This document shows, piece after piece, positions 40,461 to 51,990 of a stretch of DNA of 64,000 bases. The stretch lies in contig NC_045707.1 of NCBI RefSeq assembly GCF_009834535.1, positions 54,438,001-54,502,000 of the forward strand, read 5' to 3'. The stretch comes from Camelus ferus. Taxonomy: Eukaryota. The position numbers were made by a program, and so were the translations under genes. How positions within the stretch are numbered: the first letter of the stretch is position 1; each line of letters starts with the position of its first letter. The notes beneath the pieces were generated by a model. That model made no database searches. It saw nothing but the letters and a program-made list of their open reading frames with translations, and was not told the origin of the DNA.

Positions 40461-41254
40461 GGAGACTGACTGCAGGGGCTGGCATTAATGTTTTTTGAAT
40501 CAATGTTTGATTAAGAAATTAAAAATAAAATCAACTATACAATTATTTGTAACATCAAAGTCCTAAACAAATATGATACTTTTATTTCAAAAAAGGCAAC
40601 AGACTTGAAAAGGTTAACCTTATTTTGTTTTATTCTATCAAATATTAGAGCATCAGGGTCTGGCTTAATGTTAGAAACTCTATTTATCAAAAGTCACATG
40701 CTTTCAAAAGCACCGCAGTCTTTTTTTTGAAAGCAGGAGAAAAAAACAGCTTTCATTTTTCTCAACAGAAATAAAAAACACCACCAGTTATCCACTATAA
40801 TTTTCTCTGTCCATATTCTTTTGTGTCTTATAATTTATCATTTTTTGGATACTTTTCACTTGGCACATTGCTGTCAGTAGAGGAAATACAGCAAGATGTC
40901 ATAATACAACACATTCTTTGTGGATTCTTATCAATACTAAAAAGACACTGAAATTTTCAACTTCCTCTTCCTTAAGCCTACAGTAACATCTTGCTGTCCT
41001 TGTCCAGGAAACTTCCCAGGCTGAACCCACAAACTGAGCTTTATTTATGCTTTATTCTCCCTTTATAATGAAAACTCCATATACAATATTAAAAGGTGTA
41101 TGAAATAATAAATTCCAAAATAGTTTTTCCTCTGAGTCATAATTCATCATTCTGTGCATGAACCCACAGTTTTCATAATAATATAGAAGGTCAGCAAACA
41201 GATGGTCAGTGACTTTAGAACCTCTGGATTCAAAAGATTAGGCTTTGGCAAATG

Positions 41255-41690
41255 GTGGTAGAGACCAACATTGATACCTCCAATTCCTTTTTTCTACTTG
41301 TCACTGGAGTAGTGTCCACCCAGCTAAGACTAAATTTCCTCGCCTCTCTTGCAGCTAAGGTGGTGGTATAACTAGTTTCTGCTCAATGAATGTGAATGGA
41401 AGTGATGTTCTCAACAACTAGGCAATAGCCTTAAAAATGAAAGTTCATGCCCTCCCTATCTCTCATTTTCCCTTTCCAGGGCCACAAATGGGGAAGAGGG
41501 GGTGAACTACCTTTTGCTCTGTGGATCAGGGCAATGTTTTAGGGGTGGAAGAGTAACAGGATGGAAAGTATCTGAGTCTCTGACACAGTGGAGACGGCAT
41601 ACCAGCCCTGGATCACAGACACAGACTACCAATTAAAAGAGAAACCAAGAACTTTTTTAGTCTCTTGTTACGAGCTTAGTCTTTATTATA
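41255..41690 (+). mobile_element. MLT1J-like MaLR LTR
   Basis: cccagctaagactaaatttcctcgcctctcttgcagctaagg...gaatggaagtgatg...catacCagccctgga. Confidence 0.65.
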
Positions 41691-43327
41691 ATCACCTTCC
41701 ATAAATTACCCCCAAAATGTGGTGTGTTAAGGTTTGTGTAGGGGCAATGAAACGAAGAAGTTGCACATGTCGGCACTGTCCGTTTCACACCTACAACAGC
41801 AATGAGTAATACCGATGAACATAAATGAGAACTGAATTAAAATTCCAGTTTCAGGCATTCTCTGTGTGCATGTGTGTTTATAAGCATATGCATATGTACA
41901 TTTACAGTGCTCAGAATTATTATTTTAACAGTTTAAGCTATGACAAAGATAATAGTGCTAAAGTTTAGTATAGAAATGTCACCTTATGTGTGTGTAAGTT
42001 CAACTTTCTACACTTTAAAAGTCTATTCCTAGGAGTTTAGGAGTGTCTGTCACATTTATAAAGGTGTCTTTAATAGTGCTTCCTAATTTGCAAATTTTGT
42101 TAATAGCTGTGTAGTGTGAGTTAACACTAGTTCTTAAGGAAAAAAACAAGCATCTAGATTAAATAATGACTGAATATGTGTAAATGAAGTTCAACAAGAG
42201 TAGGATAGTTTTACCAATCTAAATCTTGAATATTCTTCAACTATAATTACATAAAGTATGTCCTTTAACTTTCACAACAAACTTGTCTGGCAAGTACCCT
42301 ACGGATGAGGAAACTGAGACAGAGAGCCATGAAGTAACTTGCAAAAAGGCCCACATTAGATAGAAATAGAAATAGAAAGTTTTGGGATTTAAACAAGCAG
42401 TCCAGCTACAGGGTTAGCTCTTAGCTTCTTCTGTGCTCTAATGGTTGTATGCCCCCAGCTGCTGGTCGTGGGACGTGTTGCTGAGTTAAGATCTGAGAAA
42501 CACTGAAACAAACTATCAAGTGCACAAAGCTCCTCTTCTTATGGACAAGATAAATTATGAAAGGTTATATCTAAATTGTATATGCTTATATATGTTTATA
42601 CCTAAATTTTGAATGTTTATATTGCCTTAGCAATACTGCATTATTAAATGTTTGTGCCTTTTCCTGGGTTTAGGCCGAGGCAATATACTTTTGTTCTGAA
42701 AAGTATGTTCAAATCTATGAAAGGTTGCAAGTTGCAGAAGTTTGTAAAATGAGGAGCCTCTGATTATGACATTTTTAAAGAACAAAGTAGAGGCTGGCTA
42801 GAACAACCTGTCAAGCAAACAAAGGCAATTAGATTTAGGTCTTGGACTTGAGGCAGAATCACATTTAATTAGAATTCCCCTTAATCACAAGCATGAAACA
42901 GCATAAGTAATCCTTTATACGCTAGTACTCCATTAGTGCATGCCTTTAAACTACTCTCAATAGTATATTAGATATTTGAGTTGGATAGATATTTAAGTAG
43001 ATAGATACTTGCATTAGTATTCAAATAAGAATCCAATTACTTCATCAAGAGAATAGTAAAATGTACAAAGAATTAGGAATTAGACACCTTATCTTTGGAC
43101 CACAAATAAACCACTTAACAGCTGTGAAACATGGACCAAAAAAAGCGGACTTTTTGGGTCTCAGCTTCTAAAAACCTAATTTAATAATACCTACTCTTAG
43201 GATCATTATCAATATTAAATGAGATAAATTATGTAAAAGTGCCTTAGCAGTTTATACTGTGCCAGATCCACAATATATACTTAAAAGATCTCGACCCTTG
43301 TAGCCTCCTGCATTTTTTGGTTAATTA

Positions 43328-43470
<143 letters not shown>

Positions 43471-43571
43471 TTATATGTAATATACAGTGTCATTCTTAAT
43501 TCTCACAACTTCTAACAAATCTTCCCTGTTTCCTTATGGTGTGGTGCCTCTAACTTCTCCACTGGCTCCTC

Positions 43572-44350
43572 GTATTAGTTAAGTACAGGCTAAGGGGTTA
43601 GGAAAAAGAAACTCCAAAATAAAGAGGCATCCCGTAGGGAGAATGCAGAGTCAGGCTCCCTCTCCGGAAGGCCGTTGCCCAGAGACTCAGCAGTATTATC
43701 CCGCATGCGCAGTACCCATGTGTTGTTATGTAAGGATGACTTGCGCTACGCAAGCGGACCGGTTAGCCCATAGGTCATAGTTGGATGGGTGCAGGCTTTG
43801 TTTCCCTTGCTGTATGAGGCGGGCGGGACTTGGCTGCTGCCGCCACTGAAGCCTGTGTGCTCCTCCCCGCAATGAAGGCACGGCAGGGACACCTGCGGCT
43901 CTGCATCCGCGCGTGTTCTTGGGCCTGCCCGAATCCGTGCACCTGCCAGGCCTCCAGCGTCTCGAGCACTGGCAATACACATACTAAGATCAATGTTGTT
44001 TCTCTCTTACCTATTTTGTCTGGAGACAAGCTGCAGGTGTCTCTGGTCCATTCATGGGCTCAGGTGCCCTTCCCCTTGTTGCTCTTTCACTGGGTTAAGT
44101 CGCCACAACTTCCACATTCCAGCCTGTAGGAAGAAGGGCAGAGCAGGAGTGAAGTAAGTAAGACTTGCAGCGGTAGTAAAGATCTCTTCCACTCACGGAC
44201 CACTGGCTATGGCTTAGTCACCTGTATGGCCACCCTTAGCTGTAAGGGAAGTTGAGAAATTTGGGCTCCAGCTGAGTCTCTATGTGCTCAGCTAAAACTT
44301 ATTTCTGTGGAAAAAAGGAGTAACTTTTGGGGACCAATTAGGCGTCTTTC
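43572..44350 (-). mobile_element. Old MLT1-type LTR split by a nested insertion
   Basis: gtattagttaagtacaggctaag...ctccaaaata on the left resumes as ttgtttctctcttac...ggcttagtcacctgtatggccacccttagctgtaagggaagttgagaaat on the right. Confidence 0.55.
43633..43974 (+). mobile_element. CpG-rich solo LTR (ERVL class, LTR18/LTR32-like architecture)
   Basis: (c/t)gtagggag...gcactggCA ends, about 20 CpGs in ~340 bp, and the gactcagc / gcatgcgca / ttgttatgtaa / aatgaag / gtgttctt motif order. It interrupts the MLT1. Confidence 0.55.
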
Positions 44351-44416
44351 ACACATCTCAACAACACTTAGGTCTATTCAAGTTTTTTCTACCTTAAAAA
44401 ACACAACAAAGCAAAG

Positions 44417-45755
44417 TGAAGGGGAGCAAAATTTGCCACCCCAACATGTATCTGGCATGCAGATTATTTTGAGCTAAAATAAATCAAGACCCAGAAGACT
44501 CAGGAAGAAACTTTAACCTTCTCCGTAACTGCCTAAAACTGTAAATAGAGGACCTACTCCAGAAAGGGAACTATCTCCATAGAAAACTATAGTATGAACT
44601 AGGTGTGCAGGCAGGGAGGAACCCAGCAAAAATCTGTGAGCATTTCTGTGTGTCCCACTGTCTCCACACAGCCCAGCAAACTGTTTGTTTCCCCTACAAG
44701 TGCTTTCCCATTTTCATGTGAACTGCCTTCCTCCCCTCTGAAATCCCAAACCCTCAGCCCCCAAATCCTCTTTTGTCTTTAGTTGAAGATGATATGGAAG
44801 GTGAGGGTTTCTGCCATTTTGGTGAATTACTTAGTACTCTTGGTTCTCTCCCATGTATACATGTTATTAAATTTTTGTTACTAAACCAAACTTGGATTTA
44901 CGTGCCCACCATGCAGCAAAGACAGTTTACTGACACCAGGTTGTGGTAAAGGAGAGCACAGCTACTGCAGGCACCAAGCAAGGGGAATGGGGAGCTCATT
45001 CTCAGAAGACCTGAGCTTCCTGGTGGCTTTTAGGGTTTTTAAAGGCAACATTTGGGATGAGGGCTGCAGGGTGCATGACTTTCTTCTGATTGGTTGGTGG
45101 TGAGGTAACAGGATGATGTTTTGGGAATCTTAACCCTCCGCTTTCTGGTTCCAAAGGGTCTGTGTTCTAGGGCGTCTGCTCAGTATGTAGTCACCATGCT
45201 TGACCTGGGGGTTGGGTAGGGGGGGTTCTTACTTCCTACAGAACAACTCAAAGATATGTGTCAGATTTTGTATAGCTTTTGAGAGGATCTAAGACTGTTT
45301 TAGCTCTGAATTATTGCCATTACTTTTCTGGCTTAACTGCTTTTCATTTGTTTCTGCATTTTCTCATTTCCTTAATTAGTAATTGCTTGTACTGCTCTTT
45401 GGAACTCGGGGAAGGTGTAGGATACTAAAGCCTTTTTCCTGCAAACAAGAAATGGGGGACACAGAGGGGTTTTATATGTCCAGGGAGGGCCCCACAGGGT
45501 GGTGCTTTGTTTCAGTCTCCCCTTTTTTTTTTGATACTCCTCAATCCTGAGGGGAATATGGGTGGGGCAAGAAAGGGAATCAAGTATTGGATAGAGAGAT
45601 ATTAATCAAATTCTTCAGGGAAACTCAGTTTTAGGGAGACTCGGTTTCAATTTTCTGTGATGTTCTCCTGTTAATCTGTCTCATGTCAATTTAATTCTTA
45701 GACCAGCCACAAAAAGCTAGAAGGATAGAGAAAAAAAATTGCTTTCTCCCTGACA
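44417..45755 (+). mobile_element. MER34-like ERV1 solo LTR, interrupted by a nested LTR
   Basis: TGAAGGGGAG...aaatttgccacccca...attattttgagctaaa start and tctcctgttaatctgtct...ttctccctgaCA end. 4-bp TSD AAAG at 44413-44416 and 45756-45759. Confidence 0.8.
44876..45649 (-). mobile_element. MER41-like (laurasiatherian type) ERV1 LTR nested in the MER34-like LTR
   Basis: Minus strand TGAAAC...ccttgcttggtgcctgcag...acaacctggtgtcagta...ccaagtttggtttagtaaCA. 5-bp TSD ATTTT at 44871-44875 and 45650-45654. Confidence 0.75.
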
Positions 45756-46211
45756 AAAGTTTAACAAAAATAAAAAATTCTTGCCTTTTTTCTACTTTAC
45801 CTTCCATCCGCTATCTTACCTCATTGTTCTTCCCATTTGTAGCCAAACCTCTCCAGTGCTGTTTCCAGTCTCTCCCTCATCCCTACAGCTATCTGGTGAT
45901 ACCCCTCTTCTTCCTACTTTACAAAACCAAATACTTCCTTCCATAGCTTATATAGATAATGAACTAAATATATAAATTCTATATTTAGGTGTGATTACTT
46001 CAGTCATTCATTGAAACATTATTGTGGAGTTGGACACATCTAGAGTTCTAGATGGTGAACTGCAGCCGTGGTATTCTCACTGAGGATGCAGAAAATAAAC
46101 ATAACACTCCATTCATGTTTGTTTTTCACCATATCCACAAGGACTAAGAGGGCTGGGCATTGTAATTTGATGAGGTCATGATTATCTGAGGCAAGGCAAG
46201 AACATAGATGG

Positions 46212-46835
46212 TGTGATGGCTAATTTAAATTGTCAGCTTGATTGGGCCACCAGATGCAGATATCTGGGTTAGACACTATCTTTGGGTGTGTCTGTGAGCG
46301 TTTTTCTGGAAGAGACTGACATGTGAATTGGTGGACTGAGTAAAGCAGATTCCCACCCTGACCCCTAGTGTGGGTGGGTATCCTCCAATCCTTCGAGGGC
46401 TTGAACGGAACAAAAAGGCAGAGGAAGGGTGTCTGTACCCTGCCGGACATGACCTGGGACATCCATCTGCCCTCAGTACTCCTGGTTCTCAAGTCTTCAG
46501 ATTAGAACTGGCATCTACATTACTGACCTTTCTACAGTCTCCAGCTTGCAGATCATGTGACATTTTAGCCTCATAACTACAAGAGCCAGTACCTTAGGTC
46601 AGGAACCCCACTTTAAATTCTTCTCGGTAGTTAAGGGAGGGACAGCAGTTTCTCTTGAGTCTGTTGGGTCTCCATTGCCTTTAACTCAAAATAGCTCAAA
46701 ATAGTTTAGGGAGGTCTGTTCTGAACCCCTACAGTTACTATAAAGCTCATTTATTCATGCATATATAGAGAAGTTGGCACTTGAATATGTATACTCCTAC
46801 TGCTCCTGCTTCTCTGGAGAACCCTGACTAATACA
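46212..46835 (+). mobile_element. MLT2-type ERVL solo LTR with internal insertion
   Basis: tgtgatggctaattt...gtcagcttgattgggcca, ggactgagtaaagcagatt, and the end tctctggagaaccctgactaataca. Confidence 0.88.
46593..46733 (-). mobile_element. 5' fragment of a MER34-related LTR inside MLT2
   Basis: Minus strand TGTAGGGGTTCAGAACAGACCTCCC...tattttgagttaaaggcaatggagacccaacagactcaagagaaac resembles the start of the LTR at 44417. Confidence 0.55.
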
Positions 46836-49800
46836 TAAGACAACTATGTCTGTTTTCCCTCCATTGTATTTCTAGTTTCTAGTATAGTGTCTGACACAGA
46901 GAAGGCACTGAATAAATACCTATTGAAAACATTAGATAATTATAACTGACCATATATTTATCTTATTGGTTTGACTTTTTTGGAAGCTCAGAGTTAAAAT
47001 ATACTGCCCATTTCTTGCAATTGTACATGACCTATGATATTCAATGTACGTGCACACAGATTTTCTTCTGACCGACTTAGTGGCAGCAAAGGTGTGGTGC
47101 AGTTCTCAGGTGCAAAAATAGAACTAATTCCTAAATACCAGCCTTGGAGATCCCCTTAAGCTATTAAAGCTTCAAGCTTTTCATCTGTAAAATGGGTATA
47201 ACACCATGTACTTTCTACTGCTTTTGCAATGAAATCATATAAAGGAACTTAAATATCACAAGTACTCAGTATTTGTTGGTTTTCTAATCAATTGAACTAT
47301 TTGGTCAGAATAAAGCTCATGTGTTTCTCCTCTTCTTCACAATAGTAAACATAAACGGTAAAAGTGAAGATATTTTTCCTTTTGAGATTTGTTCTCTTCA
47401 CCATAGTTCTTTTCATAATATAATTCTTTTCACAATCGACCATTAAATGCAGTCAATTTACATGAAAGGATTCCGTGACCCAGAAGCATCTGTTTACATG
47501 ACACGTCTAACACTTGCCTTTATACTGTCACTTCTGCATTTTTGCTTTCTGTTGAAGATCTATGTCTAGCCAGAGTTTCTTAGTAGAGTGAGTAAGTTGG
47601 ATTTGTTTGTTATGAGTACTATAGAATCTTCCCTCTCCTAGTTTCACTAAGTTTCCCAAACTCAAATTAAAAAAAAAAATTATGTGAAAAAATCTTATGG
47701 TTTGCATAAGTTACTAATGTTACTCCATATAGATGATCTTCTAATTCTATTCAACTTAAACTGATCTTTGGACTCCAGAAAATCTCCTTCTCTAGCTTTC
47801 TTTAAATGAGCATGGTAATATTTAATAGAATTCTCAATCTTGTGATGGTAATAGAGGAAGGTGTTTGTGATGCTGGAACTCCTCCTTTTTACATCATGCA
47901 GCAGAAAAGGGTTTTTAGCTTTCTTTACAAAAGACAAATCATAAAATGACAAAGACAAAGGAACAGAATGATCAGATCTGCTCTACATGTACATTTTAAA
48001 ATGCAACTTTACAACCATCTCTGGAAAACACACCCCTTTATGGTCCCACAGTCTCCCACTTCAGTTTTCTCTGCTTGCTTTCTTTGCTCCTTTCTTCTCT
48101 TTCCTTAACAGTCTGCATGATCAGGGCAATACACTTGAAAACTCCAGTTGCCTGAATCAGTATTTCTATCTGTTTCATTTTGCTTAAATCCTTCTACACA
48201 CTGTTGCAGACCCGCAGTCACATAAGCACTGTCACATGCTTTTCTGTTGCTAAGGGTAACACTACAGATGGCAAAAACTGGCTACTGTACGTCACATGTT
48301 ACACACACAAACATGATGATTTGAAACAGCTTAAACCATTCAATAGCAGTTTGCCTCTAAGTGTTAGGATTTTATATGCATGTGATCACACGACCTTTCA
48401 AACACTATGCTGAATCAAGTTAAATAAAATGATTTCCTTTCTATGTTATTCTGAAAGTGATTAGTTGCCTTTATGACTAAGCTAGACATCATTCAAACAC
48501 AATAAAAATATATAAAGTATATAATACACAAGGTCATGTGTAGAAAGGATATGGTCAAGTTCATATTACATTTGAATTTCTAATTTCTGTATCTCTGCCT
48601 GGTGCATTGTATTGTGCATGCTGTCTTTCTCTTGACTTTACCTTGAACGAAGTGCTTCAGACTTCAGGATCCCACATATATTTTAAAAGTACTTACTACT
48701 GAATATCCAGAAATAGATGTACAAAAATATAAACATATGTAAGTAGATGACATTTATGATATAAATATATACATATGTAAATCATATAAACATAAAACTA
48801 TTCTTTAATTGATCAGAGATTCTCAGTGCTTAGCTTTGTCTGGATTTTGTTCTTTCTAAACACCTGTCAATCATTTTGATGAATAAAATTGAACAGATTA
48901 TCTTGGAAAAATCAGAATGTATTTTCATGCAATGAAAGTTGAGTCTCAAGTCTCTAAGGACAGAGAATTGAAAAGCTGAAGCAATTCTTCAGCTAATTAA
49001 AGTGAGAAAATGAAGCACATTACCTAATCTAATTCACTGAGGTATTACTGTGTTTTCACATTGCTATTGCAGGTATGAATTAATAATGCTACTAAAAAAT
49101 CGAAACATCTGAAACCTCTAAACACTTCGGGATACAAAAACTAATTTTGGCTTTTGGATACCATTTATCTCTATCTATATTATGTCTGTGTTCTCCATTT
49201 TTTGGTGAAGTCAAAGGAACATGGATTTAAGTCAGAAATAGAGACTTGAATTTGTCTTTTCCCTGGCTGGAAATCTAACATGATGTTGGATTTTGTTTAA
49301 CCCGAGTCTCAGTTTCTTCATATGTAAAACAAAAAAGAACAACACGGGTTTGGAACATCTACATGCAAATATATTTTTAAATGATACATTTTCACATACA
49401 TATACATTGTTGTTAGGTGCTGGTTTATTGTGTTAGAACTTCAAGAGGTAGAGCTCATTCAGAAAAAAAAAATCAGATCAAAATGGAAAAAAAAAAACAA
49501 CAAACCAAAAGTAAACAAACAGAAAACAACAAATTAGCAACAGCATCATTTGAGTTTTAAAATAAAAATATCACCTGATAGCATAATTTGATATATCATC
49601 TAGCAGTAAATGTGCACATTTATTTGTCTTTATATGTAGTTGAAGGATCCATTTCAAAATACAACAAATAAAGGCATTTAAAATAAGGATAGAGTCATGT
49701 GCTCAATTATTGATTTATGAAGAATAGCATCATTCAGAACTCTGTTAGAAGCCATGCTTTTATTTTACCTTGCCTACCCTTGTATCATTTTCCGTAAGAG

Positions 49801-51214
49801 TCATTAACTAAAATTCAGAAAAATCGAACCACTTAATGTCATTCATTTTACTAATCAGTATGTGCCTGTTTTAGCTAATTGAATTGCAAATACTGGGAAC
49901 AAAATATATATTTAAATGTTCGATTTAGTTATGCATAGAATCATATTTTGGAGAGATATAATGGTCTCAGGAGCTCATCCAGCCTTGTCACATGCTGCAA
50001 GTACTATCAATCACATGTGTAAATAAGACAGTCTGAACAAGATTGTGGAATGACTTGGTTCAAGACAAAAACCTTTAATGGAAGAAATGGGGTTATAATT
50101 AATATTTCTGTAATTTGCATAATTTTTTGGTGAAGCGCTCATTTACTTTTCAGGATTGTTTTCCTTAAAAAAAATTCAGATGATTCTACTTTGCTCCTTT
50201 TATACAGCCCCTTTGTTATTTTAACTAATTCACCTAAAATGTGACTGAATTTCATTGTGCTTTCCTTAAGAAATGCTCTCATTTTCTCTCAAAGGAGAAA
50301 AAACATAGATTTCAGTTGGGAATGTTACTTTTAGACACCGGTCACTGTGCAGCCACCTGAACTTAGTGGGAACTGTGGAAGTTCAAAGATCTTACCACAC
50401 TCTCTTCTTTGGGAATCACTCTTTAGAGATTCTTGCTTCTGCCAGGAACACCATCTCTTTGCCTTCCCTGTTTTATCTCAGGTTAACTTAGACATGAGTC
50501 TTAGCCCCTTCAATAGTTTGCACAAGCAGTCCACTTGACTACAGATTTTATAGGCTTCAGGGCACTAAACTGGAGATTCAGGAGAAAAAGTCACTGTGGG
50601 AGACATGTCGTTCCCCCCACCTCCACTCTCTTTCCTCCTGAGTCCTAGCTTGGCCCCTCTTACCTCTAAAGTTCCCTCCTACGGTGCCTAATTTTTCTTC
50701 AGTCCTGAAGAGCAAATGAGTTTCCTTTGGCCCTAAACTCCAATTTTCATTTTGAAACCCACGAAGGAGCTTGTTTTAATTGTATTCAAGTAAACTTAAT
50801 TTTTCTATATTAACAGATTTCCTCATGTCACTTAAGAGCAAAATAAGCATAAAACTGGGAAACTAAGAATAGCCTTAATGTAGTAATTAAACTATTGGTC
50901 ACCCTTAGTAGTGATGTTTTATCCCCCTCTTCTGTTTTCTCTCAGTATCAAATATTGTTTTGATCATCTGTCCCCCAAATCCTCTTCAAAAAGTCAGTAT
51001 TGTAACTATTCAACTGGTGTGTACTTAATGTCTGCTGTTTTGCAGAACAGTTATTTGCTATGGAGATTATAGAGACATATAGAGCATGGTCGTTGACTTG
51101 AAAAAGATGAAATATGCTTAGGGAAATAAAATTTAACCACAGGAACAATTTGGAGAACAACAAGTAAGTACTATATCCATAGGATAAATCAGGCTTTCAT
51201 TTTTTTCCCCAGGC

Positions 51215-51990
51215 TATAAAATGTTATTGAGTCTCTTGTTTTTGCAAGACATTCTGCTTGATGCTTGGGATACAAGGCTGGAAAATATAGACATGGTCCT
51301 TGCCTTTGTGGAAGGCAACAAACATTAAACAAATAACTGCAGGAATTAGACAGCAATTAAAATGATCATAAGCACTGCAAAGTACCACATGCTGTGAGCC
51401 TCTGTAATAAAGAAGCCTAGTCTGGAGAGCTGAGAAGTGTACCGTGAGAAAGCTACATTTAAGTTGGAGGAATAGGTTGTGAGTGCAGAGGAGAGAAGAG
51501 AGTAAATCAGAGGAAGGGTATAGGAAAGTACTGATTCAGCCGTCCAGGGCATTTGAGGGTGACAGTGATCAGGGGTGAGGGTGAGGGGAATAGTGAGAGA
51601 TGATGATGAAAAGTGGCCAGATTCTGTAGGATGTTGTAAGCCACATGCAGGATTTTGGATTCTAGCCTAAGTGTAGTTAAAAATCTATTGCCAGAGCCTT
51701 AAGCAGGGTAGTAAGTACTGTGATCAAATTTGCCTTTTAAAATGTCATTATGACTACTAAGAGAGAATGAATTATAGGTAGTGAAGGGGGCTATTCATAG
51801 TCTACGTGGTACAACATTAAGACATGGTCAGGATAGTGGCAGCGTTAACAGAGATAAATAAGGAAATTTAAATTGCATTTATGAAGTTGAATTAAGAGTT
51901 CTTGGTTAGGGGTTGAATATGAGAGGTAAAGGAGAAAAAGTATCAGCAAAGGCTCTCAGATTCCTGGCAGAAGCACATACGTGGAATAAT
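51215..51990 (-). mobile_element. L2 fragments
   Basis: ttattgagtctcttg...atagacatggtccttgcct, gtaagccacatgcaggattttggattcta, tgatcaaatttgccttttaaaa. Confidence 0.65.

Noticed and set aside
47520..47597. Possible cryptic exon ending at a GTGAGT/GTAAGT donor
   Set aside because: No partner exons or coding signal; such donors are common by chance.
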